A stretch of 64,000 nucleotides of DNA from an uncultured Actinomycetota bacterium. Lineage in GTDB: Bacteria; Actinomycetota; Actinomycetes; Actinomycetales; CAWJMD01. The notes under the pieces were generated by a model that saw nothing but the letters and a program-made list of their open reading frames with translations, had not been told where the DNA came from and made no database searches. The translations under genes and the position numbers were made by a program. Of this stretch, positions 19,751-30,035 are shown one piece after another (position 1 is the first letter of the stretch; each line of letters begins with the position of its first letter). The stretch spans positions 155,796-219,795 of the forward strand of contig OY970255.1 in NCBI GenBank assembly GCA_963715595.1, written 5' to 3'.

Positions 19751-20705
19751 ATGTCCGGACAGGTGCAGGAGGGTCAGGTCCCGCCGTCGACCGGCGAGGG
19801 CCGACGACCCGACTTCCTCATCGTGGGGTCGTTCAAGTCGGGGTCGACCTCGCTCGTCTCCTACCTGAACCAGCACCCCGACGTCTTCCTGCCCTGGCTG
19901 CAGGAGCCGGCCTTCTTCGCCTCGCCGCGGTTCTCGATGGAGCGCGGCGGCGACCCGCGCCCGCAGCGCGCCGCCGAGAGCGCCTACGGCCGGCTGCGCA
20001 CCGAGACGATCGACCAGTACGAGGCGCTGTTCGCCGACGCCCCCGCCGGCGCGGTGCTGCGGGGAGTCCTCGCCGCAGTACATGCGCGAGCCGCGAGGCG
20101 TGCGAGCGGATCGCCGCGCGTGCTGCCCGACGTCAAGCTGCTCGCCGTGCTGCGCCAGCCCGCCAAGCGCGCGTACTCCGACTACTCGATGTTCGTCCGC
20201 GACGGGCTCGAGAAGTCGAGCTTCGCCGAGGCCGTCGCCCGCCCGCCGGGCCGCCGCCCCCCGTTCCACTACGTCGAGACCGGCTTCTACGGCCGCCAGC
20301 TGCGCGCCGTTCTACGAGGCGTTCGGGCGCCGACCAGATCAAGGTGGTGCTGTTCGACGACCTCACCACCCGCACCGCCGAGACCGTCCGCGACGTCTAC
20401 GCCTGGCTCGGCGTCGACGCCGGGTTCGAGCCCGACGTGTCCGACGTGCTCAACGTGGCCGGGCATGCCCGAGCAACGCCCTGGTGGCGGCCACGTACAA
20501 GGTGCGGCGCCGGCTCCAGCCGGTGCTCAAGCCCGTCGTGCCGCAGCAGCTGGGCCGCTCCGCCGACCGGGTCCTGCGCCGCGGCCTGGTCAAGGACGCG
20601 CCCGACGCGGCGCTGATGGCCGAGCACCTCACCGAGCGGTACGCCGACGACATCCGGCTGCTGGCACGGCTCTCGGGTCACGACCTCGACCACTGGCTGG
20701 GGTGA
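19751..20705 (+). CDS. sulfotransferase 1 (class A: carbohydrate-type PSB/PB motifs); at least 4 frameshifts
   Basis: PDFLIVGSFKSGSTSL is the 5'-phosphosulfate-binding loop and KLLAVLRQPAKRAYSDY is the 3'-phosphate-binding motif. The segments are distributed over three frames between about 20060 and 20470 and end at ...HDLDHWLG*. Confidence 0.75.
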
Positions 20706-20799
20706 CCCGCGGTGGACTCGGTCCGCCGGGAGCTGTGGCCCACCGTGGCCGGGCGTCCGGTGCCGCCCTCGGTCGTGCGCGCGGGCAGGGCCACCTTCC

Positions 20800-21640
20800 G
20801 TGGCTTACGGCGCGGCCACCGCCGCGGTCCGGCCGCTGCCGGAGTTCCTCCTGATCGGCGCCAAGCGCGCGGGGACGACCTCGTTCTTCTTCGACCTGCT
20901 GGCCCACCCCGGGGTGCTGCCGCTGTTCCCGTCCGCGCGGCTGCTGCCCAAGCAGCGTGACGGCAAGGGCCCGCACTTCTTCGACAGCGAGTACGCGCGC
21001 GGGCTGCGCTGGTACCGGGGGCACTTCCCGTCCCGGGTCGAGCGCGCCCGGGTGGCCCGCACCGCCGGCCCGGTGCTCACCGGGGAGGCCTCGCCGTACT
21101 ACCTGTACCACCCGCTCGCTCCTGCGCGGGCCGCGACGGTGGTGCCCGACGCCAAGCTGCTCGTGCTGCTGCGCGACCCCGTCGAGCGCACCTTCTCGCA
21201 CTGGCGCGAGCAGGTGCGCAACGGCGTCGAGACGCTCGGCTTCGAGGCCGCGCTCGAGGCCGAGGCCTCGCGGGTCGGCGACGACGAGCAGCGGCTGCGC
21301 AGCGGCGAGCATCACCCGCAGCTTCGCGCACGAGCAGCAGTCGTACGCGGCCCAGAGCGAGTACGACGCCGGGCTGGCCCGCTGGCTCGAGCACTACCCG
21401 CGCGACCAGGTGCACGTGATGGTGAGCGAGGACTACTACCGCGACCCGGCGCAGGTCTGCGACGGCGCGCTGCGCTTCCTCGGCCTCGAGCCGCTGGGGG
21501 AGCGCACGGGCAAGACCCTGAACGCCGCGCCCGGCGCGCGCCTGGAGCCCGCCACCCGCACCATGCTCACCGAGCGCTTCACCCCGTCGGTGCGCCGGGT
21601 CGAGGACCTGTGCGGACGGACGTTCCCGTGGCTGCGGTAG
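20800..21640 (+). CDS. sulfotransferase 2 (class A); 1 frameshift
   Basis: PEFLLIGAKRAGTTSF and KLLVLLRDPVERTFSHW. The frame goes 1>2 near 21305 and the protein ends ...GRTFPWLR*. The start may instead be the GTG at 20712 with another indel. Confidence 0.75.
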
Positions 21641-22701
21641 CCGTACCGGTGCAGCGCGAGGTCGACGACGCCGCGGGTGCGGCCGCGCAGGCGTGCGTCC
21701 GGCTCGGCGTCCCCGGTGCGCCGGCCCGGCGGCTGACGGCCGGCAGCACCAGCGCCGTGTTCGACGTCCCGGACGCCACCGCCGTCCTGAGCGTGCTGCC
21801 GGTCGGCACCACCCCGGCGGCCGCGGCCGCGCGGCTGCGCGCGGCCGCGGTGCTGTCCGACCGGCTGGCGTTCGTGCACCCGCACGAGGGCGGCAGCGAG
21901 CCGCTGGTCACCGCAGCGGGCCGGGTCGTGCTCGCGTGGCACCGCGAGGACGTCCTCGCGTCGCCGGTCGACTGGCGCGGCGTCGGGCGCTCGCTGCGCG
22001 CGCTGCACGAGACCCCGCCCGCCGAGCTCGGCGACCCCCCGCCGCTGCGCCCCACCCCCGAGGTGGTCGACGACCTGCTCGGTCGGCTCGCGCCGTCCGC
22101 GGTCGGCCCCGCCGACCGCGCCGTGCTGCGCGGCGTGGCCCACCGCCTCGACGACGAGGTGCGGGTCCTGGGGGAGCCCGTCGTGCTGGTGCACGGCGAC
22201 CCCCACGGCGAGAACGTGCTCAGCACCGGCCGGGGCCCGGTGCTCTGCGACACCGACGAGATCGGGCTGGCCCCGGCGGGCTGGGACCTCGCCTTCCTCG
22301 TCGACCCGGCCCGCCCCGGACGCCTGGACGCACGCGAGCGGGCCGCGTTCGAGGCCGGGTACGGGGGCCCGCTGCCCGGCGTCGGACCGGTGCGCACCTG
22401 GGCGCGCTCGGCGCACCTGCGGCGCACGCTGCAGGACCTCGAGCGCGCCGGCACCTCGGTGCGCGACCGGTGGTGGGTGCGGGCCCGGCTCGACGCCTGG
22501 ACCCGGATGCTGCAGGACTGGGACCTCGACCTGCAGCCCGTGCTGGGCCAGTCGCGCGGCCGGCACCTCGTCCGGCTGGGACGACGCGTCCGGGTCGCGG
22601 CGCGCAGGAGCGTGCCCGGCGTCGGCGTGCCCGACCGCGGGCTGGACGACCGCGCCGTGCGGCCTCGCACGGTGCAGGACCGAGAGGCGGAGGACCGATG
22701 A
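21628..22701 (+). CDS. aminoglycoside-phosphotransferase-fold (APH/ChoK-like) kinase
   Basis: Intact ORF with the catalytic-loop motif LVHGDPHGENVL and the downstream CDTDEIG (metal-binding Asp). The start is uncertain (GTG at 21628 or 21649). Confidence 0.6.
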   Translation: MAAVAVPVQREVDDAAGAAAQACVRLGVPGAPARRLTAGSTSAVFDVPDATAVLSVLPVGTTPAAAAARLRAAAVLSDRLAFVHPHEGGSEPLVTAAGRVVLAWHREDVLASPVDWRGVGRSLRALHETPPAELGDPPPLRPTPEVVDDLLGRLAPSAVGPADRAVLRGVAHRLDDEVRVLGEPVVLVHGDPHGENVLSTGRGPVLCDTDEIGLAPAGWDLAFLVDPARPGRLDARERAAFEAGYGGPLPGVGPVRTWARSAHLRRTLQDLERAGTSVRDRWWVRARLDAWTRMLQDWDLDLQPVLGQSRGRHLVRLGRRVRVAARRSVPGVGVPDRGLDDRAVRPRTVQDREAEDR

Positions 22702-23993
22702 ACCAGCGCAGGCCGCACGCGGGCGTGCCCCCGACCGGCCGGCGGCTGCGGGTGGTGTACCTCGACCACTGCGCCCGGCTCTCCGGCGGCGAGATCGCGA
22801 TGTCGCGGCTGCTGCCGTGGCTGCGCGACAGCCGTCGACCCGCTCGTGGTGCTCGGCGAGCACGGGACCTGGTCGCCGAGCTGGAGCGCCAGGGCACCGC
22901 CGGTGCTGGTGCTTCCGATGGACGACGCGGCCCGCGACGTCCGCAAGGACACCGTCGCGCCCGGCGGGGTGGGCCTGGTGCCGTTCCTGCACCACCGCGG
23001 TCTACGTCGTGCGGCTGCGCGCGCCTGCTGCGCCGGCTGCGGCCCGACCTGGTGCACACCAACAGCCTCAAGGCGGCGCTGTACGGCGGCGTCGCCGGTC
23101 GGCTCGCCGGCGTGCCGGTGCGTCTGGCACGTGCGCGACCGGATCGCGCCGACTACCTGCCGCGGCCCGCGGTCAGCCTGGTGCGGCTGCTCTCCCGGGT
23201 GCTGCCGCACGCCGTCGTGGCCAACTCCGCACGCGACGCTCGCCACGCTGCCGCCCGAGGTGACCGGCGCGGTCGTGCTCAACCCGGTGGTGCACGAGTC
23301 GGTGCACGCCCCGGTCGACCGTGCGCGCGGAGCGACCCCGCGCTGCGCATCGGCTCGGTGTCGTCGGCCGGCTGGCGCCCTGGAAGGGTCAGCACGTCTT
23401 CCTCGAGGCGTTCGCGCAGGCGTTCGGCGCACGGCGACGCCGAGGCCCGCCTGATCGGCAGTGCGATGTTCGGCGAGGAGGAGTACGAGCAGCGCCTTCA
23501 CGCCCAGGTCGACGCGCTCGGACTCGGCGACCGGGTGGTGTTCCGCGGGCTTCCGCGCCGACGTCTGCGAGCGAGCTGGCCGAGCTCGACGTGCTGGTGC
23601 ACTGCTCGGTCACCGCCCGAGCCGTTCGGCCAGGTCGTCCTGGAGGGCATGGCCGCCGGGCTGCCGGTGATCGCCAGCGACGAGGGCGGCCCGCCCGAGG
23701 TGATCACGCACGGGGTCGACGGCCTGCTGGTGCGGCCCGACGACCCGACCGAGCTGGCGCGCGTGCTCGCCGAGGTGGCGGCCGACCCGCAGCTGCGGCG
23801 GCGGCTCGGTGAGGAGGGTCGGCGCACGGCCGCCCGGCACGGCCCCAAGGACAGCGCGTCCAAGGTGGTGACGATCTACCGCGAGACGCTGGCGAACCGG
23901 CGGCAGGTCTCGGTGGCCGACCTCACCGGCTTCGTCCGCGACCTGATGTCGGCCGGCGAGCGCGACGTCAGGGAGCCAGCACGACCGCGGTGA
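22698..23993 (+). CDS. GT4-family glycosyltransferase; at least 6 frameshifts
   Basis: RLRVVYLDHCARLSGGEIAM...LVHTNSLKAALYGG...WHVRDRI...VANS...EPFGQVVLEGMAAGLPVIASDEGGPPEVITHGVDGLLV, reassembled from all three frames. Confidence 0.75.
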   Translation: MNQRRPHAGVPPTGRRLRVVYLDHCARLSGGEIAMSRLLPWLRDSRRPARGARRARDLVAELERQGTAGAGASDGRRGPRRPQGHRRARRGGPGAVPAPPRSTSCGCARLLRRLRPDLVHTNSLKAALYGGVAGRLAGVPVRLARARPDRADYLPRPAVSLVRLLSRVLPHAVVANSARDARHAAARGDRRGRAQPGGARVGARPGRPCARSDPALRIGSVSSAGWRPGRVSTSSSRRSRRRSAHGDAEARLIGSAMFGEEEYEQRLHAQVDALGLGDRVVFRGLPRRRLRASWPSSTCWCTARSPPEPFGQVVLEGMAAGLPVIASDEGGPPEVITHGVDGLLVRPDDPTELARVLAEVAADPQLRRRLGEEGRRTAARHGPKDSASKVVTIYRETLANRRQVSVADLTGFVRDLMSAGERDVREPARPR

Positions 23994-25243
23994 CCGTGGC
24001 GCCGACCTCGACCCGCAGCGGGTCGGCGCGACCCACCACCTCGCGCCGCGGGTCGGGCGCCCGCGGGTCGCCGACCACCAGGGCCCGCAGGTCGTCCTGC
24101 GGGACGAGGGAGGCCTCGTGCCGCTCCACCTCGCCGTCCTCGCGGGCCGGGTGCGGCTCGTCGGTCCACAGCAGCACCAGCAGCGAGCCGTCCTCGCGCC
24201 GCAGCGCCAGGTGGTGCACCGCGTCGTCGGCGCGCAGGTCGACCGCTCCCACCCGGGCGCCGGCCGAGGTCGCCTGGCGCCCGGACGCGAGGCAGAGCAG
24301 CCGCGACAGCGCGAGGTAGGAGCCCTTCGGGCGCATCCGGTCGTCGAGCAGGCCGAACTGCAGCGGGTCGCGCGACCGGCCGGGTCGTCGAGCAGGTCGT
24401 AGACGTAGGTGCGCGGGGTGCCGTCGGCGAAGGCGGCCAGGACGGTGCGCGGCAGGTAGGCCGCCTGCTGGCGGCGGGTGACCGACGGCTGCCCGTTCTG
24501 GTCGTGCCCGCTGGTCTGGTAGCCCGTCTCGGTCAGCCAGACCGGCGCGTCGCCGACGAGTGCGCGGGCGTCTGCGGCCTGGGTCGGCGGCCCGCCCGGG
24601 CGGCCGTGCGGACGGGTAGTCGTGGTCGGACGCGACGTCGGCGACCTCGGACAGGTCACCCAGGTCGCGCCGTCGCTCGCTGCGCGCGGTCGAGGGGGCG
24701 ACGACGACCACCTCGGACCCCCACTGCGCGCGCACCCCGGCGGCGAGGTCCTCCTGGTAGGCGCGGACCTCCTCGCACCCAGTCGTCCCCGCCGCGGTTG
24801 TCCCACTCGTTGGCACCCTCGACAGCGGTCACCGGAACCGGCGCCAGGTCGTTCTCGCGCAGCCAGTCGACGGTGCGCCCGGCCTCGCTCAGGGTGTCGC
24901 GCCGGCCCACCGACCCGCTGACGACGAGGACCTCGACGCCGTCGTCGGCCAGGTCGGCGTACCGGCGGGCGAGCTGCCGGTCGGGCTCGGCGGGCACGTT
25001 GTCGCGGACGTGCTGCACGCACATCCTCCGCAGGGCCGCACGGACCTCGTCGAACCGCGCGTAGTTGGTGTCGTCGTAGGACAGGTGCACGTTGACCCCG
25101 ACGGAGTCGACGAACGACTCGGCCGCGACGGGCTCGAGCCGGACCTGCTCGGCGGGTGCGGTGCCGGCCTGGGCGAACGGCGGTCCGGCGACGGCGGAGG
25201 CGGCGACGAACGCGGCCAGGCGCCGCCCGACCGCCCGCCTCAC
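23968..25243 (-). CDS. secreted clan-GH-A-like glycoside hydrolase paralog (short form); about 3 frameshifts
   Basis: Signal peptide VRRAVGRRLAAFVAASAVAGPPFAQA. VGVNVHLSYDD...VQHVRDNV...VEGANEWD (acid/base NE) and VWLTETGY (nucleophile TE). It aligns with the genes at 30036, 32310 and 37368. The GTG overlaps the upstream wzz stop (GTGA). Confidence 0.6.
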
Positions 25244-26649
25244 GGGATGCTGGTCGTCGCGGCGCGGGCCTCGCGGCGACGCGCCCGGCGTCCGCCGGAG
25301 CGGACGGCGACCACGCGGCCGACGTCGAGGCCGACGCCACCGAGCGCGTCGACGGCCTTGCGGGCCGAGCGCAACCGGGTGCGGCCCGAGGTGGCGACGA
25401 GCACGCCGGGCCACCGGCCCGCGACGTCGAACGGCGCCGACCGCACGCTGGCGCTGCTGCCGGCGACGAGCAGGAGCACGCCGTGCCGGTCGAGGTCGGA
25501 GCGCAGCGTGGCGAGCTCGGAGCGCTGGCGCACCGCCGACGACCCGGACAGGTCGACCACGTCGATCTCCGCCGCCCCCTTCTCCCAGCCGTCGGCGGCG
25601 TCGGACAGCAGGGACACCGAGTCGGGGTGGCGCCGCAGCCCGGTCAGCTCGGTGCCGGACATGGCGCCGTCGAGGTCGACGAGCACCGGGCGGTACCCGT
25701 GCCGGTTGAGGGACTGCGCCATCCGCAGCGCGACGAGCGAGGTCGGGTCGGTGGTGGTGGCCCCCACGACGGCGGCGGCGGCGGCCGTGCCGTTGCGCGG
25801 GGCGAGGGCGCGCAGGCTGTCGTCGAGCTGCTGGTGCTGCTCGGCGGTGAGCGAGGTGGCCTCGGGCGCGACGTCGAGGACGGTGGTCGGCACCAGCGGG
25901 GCGACCTCGTCGTGGCGTCCGCGCACGCGCGAGGCGAGCCCGTCGGTGAGCACGGCGAGCGCGGCACCGAGGACCAGCCCGAGCAGCAGCCCGACCAGGC
26001 CGAGGGTCGCGGTGGGACGCGGGACCTGCGAGCTCGTCGGCGCCGAGATGACGAACGGGTCGGCGTCGGAGAGCGCCTGCTCCTCGTCGATGGCCGCGAG
26101 CCGCACCCTCAGCTCGGTGCGCTCGGCGAGCAGGGCGCGCTGGGACTCGTCGGAGGTGTCGCCGATGGCGGCGTTCAGCTCGGCCAGGCTGCTCGTGATG
26201 AGGGCGCGCGCCGCCTCGAGCTGCTGCTGCCGGTCGGCGGTGCGCCGCTCCACGTAGGTGCTGGCGAGGGTGCCGGCCGCCTGCTCCGCCGCGACGGCCG
26301 TGCCCGCGACCGCCTCGATGCGGGCGACGTCGCTGTCGGGCAGCAGGGCCGCCTGCAGGGTGATCTGCTCGCCGACGGCGTCGACCACGGACTGCACGCT
26401 CTGCGGGCTGGTGAGCGCCGCCATCTCGTTGGCCGCGGCGCGGGCGCTGGTCTGGGGGTTGTTCGCCCCCGAGTCCTGGGCGAGCCGCAGGTCGGCCACC
26501 GCCTCGAACTGGGCCGGCAGGGCCTGCGCGGCGGCCGCGCCCAGACCTGCCCCGAGGAGGCCGACCACCACCACGAGGACGGCGTGACGACGCACCAGAC
26601 CGGACCAGCGTGAGTGGTCCAGCGCGATCTCGGTGCGACTTGCAGGCAT
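25240..26649 (-). CDS. Wzz-type polysaccharide co-polymerase fused to a degenerate BY-kinase-like domain
   Basis: Intact ORF from the ATG at 26649. TM1 (HAVLVVVVGLLGAGLGAAAA), a long periplasmic coiled region and TM2 (LGLVGLLLGLVLGAALAVL). A P-loop-NTPase-like domain follows in which the Walker A position reads VVGATTTDPTS (no GK[ST]). There is no C-terminal Tyr cluster. Confidence 0.7.
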   Translation of the reverse strand: MPASRTEIALDHSRWSGLVRRHAVLVVVVGLLGAGLGAAAAQALPAQFEAVADLRLAQDSGANNPQTSARAAANEMAALTSPQSVQSVVDAVGEQITLQAALLPDSDVARIEAVAGTAVAAEQAAGTLASTYVERRTADRQQQLEAARALITSSLAELNAAIGDTSDESQRALLAERTELRVRLAAIDEEQALSDADPFVISAPTSSQVPRPTATLGLVGLLLGLVLGAALAVLTDGLASRVRGRHDEVAPLVPTTVLDVAPEATSLTAEQHQQLDDSLRALAPRNGTAAAAAVVGATTTDPTSLVALRMAQSLNRHGYRPVLVDLDGAMSGTELTGLRRHPDSVSLLSDAADGWEKGAAEIDVVDLSGSSAVRQRSELATLRSDLDRHGVLLLVAGSSASVRSAPFDVAGRWPGVLVATSGRTRLRSARKAVDALGGVGLDVGRVVAVRSGGRRARRREARAATTSIP

Positions 26650-26925
26650 GTGACAAGGGTAGGTGACCTGCGGGGCCGCCCGTGACCGGTCGCGGGCATC
26701 CGCCGCACGACCTCCGGCCGGAGGATGCGCCCTGCGCCGTACGGGTGGCACGGTGACGCACGCACGTGGCCCGACCGCCCGGTTGCCCGTCCGCACCAGC
26801 GAGCACCACCCGGACGGCCCAGCGGTGGTCACGCGAAGCGAGGACGCCGAGGGTCGCGAGACCTACTCTTGACCTCGGGTCGACCGTGGAGCCGGCCCGT
26901 CGCGAGCAGGGACGAGGAGACGGTT

Positions 26926-29841
26926 GTGGCGACGATCGCGACGACGGGCACGAGCGGCGAGCGGGGACGACGGGCGGGACGCACCGCCCTGGTGGCGGTG
27001 CTGGCGGGTCTCGGGCTGGTGCTCGCCGGGCTGGTCGCCCCGGCCTCGGCCACCCGGGTCGAGCAGCCGACGCTGGTGAGCGAGGTCCCCTCGATCGCGA
27101 CGCCGATGGTGCGCGAGGGGACGGTGCAGGCGCTCGCCCAGGTCGGCGACGTCATCGTCTTCGGCGGGACCTTCACCAAGGTCGCCGACCGCGGCCGCCC
27201 CGACACCACCTACACCGGCCTGGCCGCCTACGACCGCCGCACCAGCAAGCTGGTGCCGGGCTTCGTGCCGCAGCTCAACGGCGAGGTGCGCGCGCTGCTC
27301 GCCGGCCCCACCCCCGGCACCGTCTACGCGGCGGGCAGCTTCAGCCGCGTCAACGGCACCGTGGCCAACCGCGTCGTGCTGCTCGACGTCATGACCGGCC
27401 AGCGGGTCGCGGCCTTCCGCGGCACCGGCATCAACGGGCCGGTGAACACCCTGGGTCGCGTCGGCAACCGGCTCTACATCGGCGGCACCTTCACCCTCGT
27501 CGCCGGCCAGACCCACCGCGGCCTCGCCGCCCTCAACGCCACGAGCGGCTTCCGCGACGCGGCCGTCACCAACTCCTTCACCGAGAACCACAACTACGGC
27601 CGGGTGGCGGGCTCGTCCAAGAGCCCGGTCGGCGTCACGGACCTCGACATCACCCCCGACGGCACCCAGATGACCGCCATCGGCAACTTCCGCACCGTCG
27701 ACGGCCTGCTGCGCGACCAGGTGGTCGTGCTGGACCTGACCGGCAGCGGGCCCGTCGTGCGCCCCGACTGGTCGACCACGAACTTCACCCACGCCTGCTA
27801 CTCCTGGGCCTTCGACTGGTGGGTGCGCGACGTCGACTACTCGCCCGACGGCTCGTACTTCGTGATCGGCTCCACCGGCGGCGGCATCAACGACCTGTGC
27901 GACGACGTCGCGCGGTTCGAGACCTCCGCCCGCGGCACGAACGTGCAGCCCACCTGGGTCGCCAGCACCGGCGGCGACTCCGTCTACACCGTGGCGGCCA
28001 CCGGGCCGGCCATCTACGCCGGCGGGCACTTCCGCTGGTTCAACAACCCGATGGCCAACGACCGCGCCGGCGCCGGCGCCGTCCCGCGGCCCGGCATCGC
28101 CGCGCTCGACCCCGACACCGGCATGCCGCTGAGCTGGAACCCGGGGCGTCACCCGCGCGACAAGGGCGTCTTCGCGATGCTGGCCACCGACCGCGAGCTG
28201 GTGCTCGGCACCGACACGGCCTGGTTCGGCCACCAGGAGTACTTCACCCCCAAGCTGGTCAGCATCCCCCTGGCCGGCGGCGCCGCGGCGCTGACCAAGG
28301 CCACGCCGGCGCTGCCGGGGTCGCTGAACGCCGTACGGGGCTCGACCTCGCAGCCCGCGGTCGCCTCGCGGCTGCTCACCGACGCGGGAACCGGGGCGGC
28401 GCTGCCGCCTCCGACCCTGCCGGGCGGCGTCGACGTGCGCGGCGCGTTCGTGGTCGACGACGAGCTCTTCGTCGTCGGCTCCGACGGCACCATGCACCGT
28501 CGCGCCTACGGCGACGACGGCTCGATCGGCGCCACGTCCGAGGTCGTCGACCCCTACAACGACCCCTACTGGTCGACCGTGCTCACCGGCCTGCGCAACA
28601 ACACCGAGACCTACCGGGGCATCTCCTCCGGCCTCGGCAACCGGCTGCGCACCGCGACGTCGCTGTTCTTCCACGACGACCGGCTCTACTACACCCTGTC
28701 CGGCTCCTCGCAGCTGTACTCGCGGGTGTTCGAGCCCGGCTCCGGCACCAGCTACCCGACCGAGGTGGTCGTCCCGGGCGTGAGCCTGCCGTCGCTGTCC
28801 GGCGGCACCTACGCGGCCGGCCACCTCTACTACGCGGTGGCCTCCACCGGGCAGCTGGTGCGCCAGCCCTTCGACGGCCGCACCGTCGGCACCCCGGTCG
28901 TCGTGGGCGGCCCCGCCGTCGACGGCACCGACTGGCGCGCCAAGGCGCTGTTCGTCGGCAACGGCGCCCCCCGGACCGTCGACGTCGCGATCGGCTCCGC
29001 GCCGGCCGTGACCGCGGCGAACCACACCGCGTGGCCGCTGTCCGGTACCGCCGAGGCGGGTGCGGCGATCTCGGTGCACGTCGGCGCGGCGGTCGGGACG
29101 GCCACGGCCGCCACGACGGCGCTCGGCGACGGCACCTGGTCGGTCGGGGTCGACGTCTCGGGCCTGCCCGACGGCGACCTCGCGCTGACCGTCGGCGCCA
29201 CCGCCCCCACGGGGGCGACCTCGCAGGCGACGGCCACGGCCACCAAGAGCACCCGTCCGGGAGCGCCGGTCATCACCGGCTCGGCGGGGTCGACGGGCAC
29301 GGTCTCGGCGCAGTTCGACGCGCCGGCCGAGACCGGCGGCGTGCCGCTGACCGGGTTCGAGGTCACGCTGGTGGCGCCGGACGGCTCCTCGAGCACGACG
29401 GCACTGGCGCCCGAGGCGCGCTCGTTCAGCGCAGAGGGTCTGCCGCTCGCGGGCACCTACACCGTGTCGGTGGTCGCGCTGAACCCGGCCGGTCCGGGCC
29501 CCGCGGCCTCGACCACGGTGAGCACCCGGGGCGAGGCGCGGCTGGTGTTCACGCCGGACCGGTACGCGGTCACGGCCGGTGAGCAGGTCACGTTCACCGG
29601 CACCCTCACCGACCGCACCAGCGGCGCGCCGCTGGCCGGCCGCACCGTGCTGGTCTACTCCCGCGCCGACAACGGCACCCGGGTGCGCCTCGACACCGGT
29701 CAGGTGGTGACGGCGGCCGACGGCAGCTGGAGCTACCAGCACGCGCCGACCGCCAGCCTGCGCTACCAGGCCGACGTGCTCGCCGCCGACGGCTACGGCT
29801 TCGTGCGCAGCACCCTCACGCGGGTGATCGAGGTCCGCTGA
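26926..29841 (+). CDS. secreted beta-propeller-like repeat protein with C-terminal Ig/FN3/prealbumin-like module
   Basis: Intact 2.9-kb ORF. Signal/TM LVAVLAGLGLVLAGLVAPASA. Repeats such as VIVFGGTFTKV, VYAAGSFSRVNG, LYIGGTFTLVAG and IYAGGHFRWF recur every roughly 45-55 aa. The C-terminal 288 aa are shared with the next gene. Confidence 0.6.
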   Translation: MATIATTGTSGERGRRAGRTALVAVLAGLGLVLAGLVAPASATRVEQPTLVSEVPSIATPMVREGTVQALAQVGDVIVFGGTFTKVADRGRPDTTYTGLAAYDRRTSKLVPGFVPQLNGEVRALLAGPTPGTVYAAGSFSRVNGTVANRVVLLDVMTGQRVAAFRGTGINGPVNTLGRVGNRLYIGGTFTLVAGQTHRGLAALNATSGFRDAAVTNSFTENHNYGRVAGSSKSPVGVTDLDITPDGTQMTAIGNFRTVDGLLRDQVVVLDLTGSGPVVRPDWSTTNFTHACYSWAFDWWVRDVDYSPDGSYFVIGSTGGGINDLCDDVARFETSARGTNVQPTWVASTGGDSVYTVAATGPAIYAGGHFRWFNNPMANDRAGAGAVPRPGIAALDPDTGMPLSWNPGRHPRDKGVFAMLATDRELVLGTDTAWFGHQEYFTPKLVSIPLAGGAAALTKATPALPGSLNAVRGSTSQPAVASRLLTDAGTGAALPPPTLPGGVDVRGAFVVDDELFVVGSDGTMHRRAYGDDGSIGATSEVVDPYNDPYWSTVLTGLRNNTETYRGISSGLGNRLRTATSLFFHDDRLYYTLSGSSQLYSRVFEPGSGTSYPTEVVVPGVSLPSLSGGTYAAGHLYYAVASTGQLVRQPFDGRTVGTPVVVGGPAVDGTDWRAKALFVGNGAPRTVDVAIGSAPAVTAANHTAWPLSGTAEAGAAISVHVGAAVGTATAATTALGDGTWSVGVDVSGLPDGDLALTVGATAPTGATSQATATATKSTRPGAPVITGSAGSTGTVSAQFDAPAETGGVPLTGFEVTLVAPDGSSSTTALAPEARSFSAEGLPLAGTYTVSVVALNPAGPGPAASTTVSTRGEARLVFTPDRYAVTAGEQVTFTGTLTDRTSGAPLAGRTVLVYSRADNGTRVRLDTGQVVTAADGSWSYQHAPTASLRYQADVLAADGYGFVRSTLTRVIEVR
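28978..29841 (+). repeat. copy 1 of the 864-bp shared C-terminal module (partner 31359-32222)
   Basis: Colinear with 31359-32222 at a constant offset of 2381 nt, with no indels. The two are similar but clearly not identical overall, and include a stretch of about 135 nt with no differences (gcggtcgggacggccacggcc...acgggggcgacctcgc). Confidence 0.85.
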
Positions 29842-29846
29842 CGCCT

Positions 29847-29896
29847 GACGACGACGCCCCGTGGGTCCCGATCGGGAACCACGGGGCGTCGTCGTC
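29847..29896 (+). terminator. long hairpin after the propeller gene
   Basis: gacgacgacgccccgtgg (29847-29864) pairs with ccacggggcgtcgtcgtc (29879-29896), an 18-bp perfect stem. The loop contains the palindrome tcccgatcggga. Confidence 0.6.
29867..29876. promoter_or_regulatory. CCCGATCGGG palindrome, site 1
   Basis: Perfect 10-nt palindrome (12 nt as tcccgatcggga) in non-coding DNA, 160 nt upstream of the GH-FN3 start codon. See findings. Confidence 0.3.
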
Positions 29897-29948
29897 CGGG
29901 ATCGGGGTCGGTCAACGGGTGGGGTGACGCGACGTCGACACGCATCCA

Positions 29949-30035
29949 TGTCACGGTGCGTGAGGCGTTGGGCCAGTCGTACTAACTGTCCGTCACCGAC
30001 TACGGTCCGTAGTCCACGGATCCGATCCCTGATCC
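29949..30035 (+). promoter_or_regulatory. conserved 87-nt upstream leader, copy 1 (partner 37281-37367)
   Basis: tgtcacgGtgcgtgaggcgttggGccagtcgtaCTaacTgtccgtcaccgActacggtccgt aligns with 37281 onward at the same 7332-nt offset as the CDS, with about 6 mismatches in the first 62 nt. It ends in a GATCC-rich inverted repeat that includes the GTG start. Confidence 0.45.

Noticed and set aside
17000-20269. 1089-aa minus-strand ORF. Similar very long antisense or alternative-frame ORFs include 26863-29949(-), 9111-10985(+), 37332-39812(-), 5117-7150(-) and 24656-26809(-).
   Set aside because: The reasons are the same: stop-codon-poor antisense frames of real genes, with Arg/Pro/Gly-dominated translations. 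Only specific segments of some of them were used where they carry recognisable parts of frameshifted genes.
26650-26925. The 276-nt divergent intergenic region between wzz and the propeller gene, searched for promoters and operators (gtgac...gtgac direct repeat, TTGACC at 26869).
   Set aside because: No convincing -10 lies at the correct spacing, and there is no copy of the CCCGATCGGG motif. The evidence is too weak to annotate.
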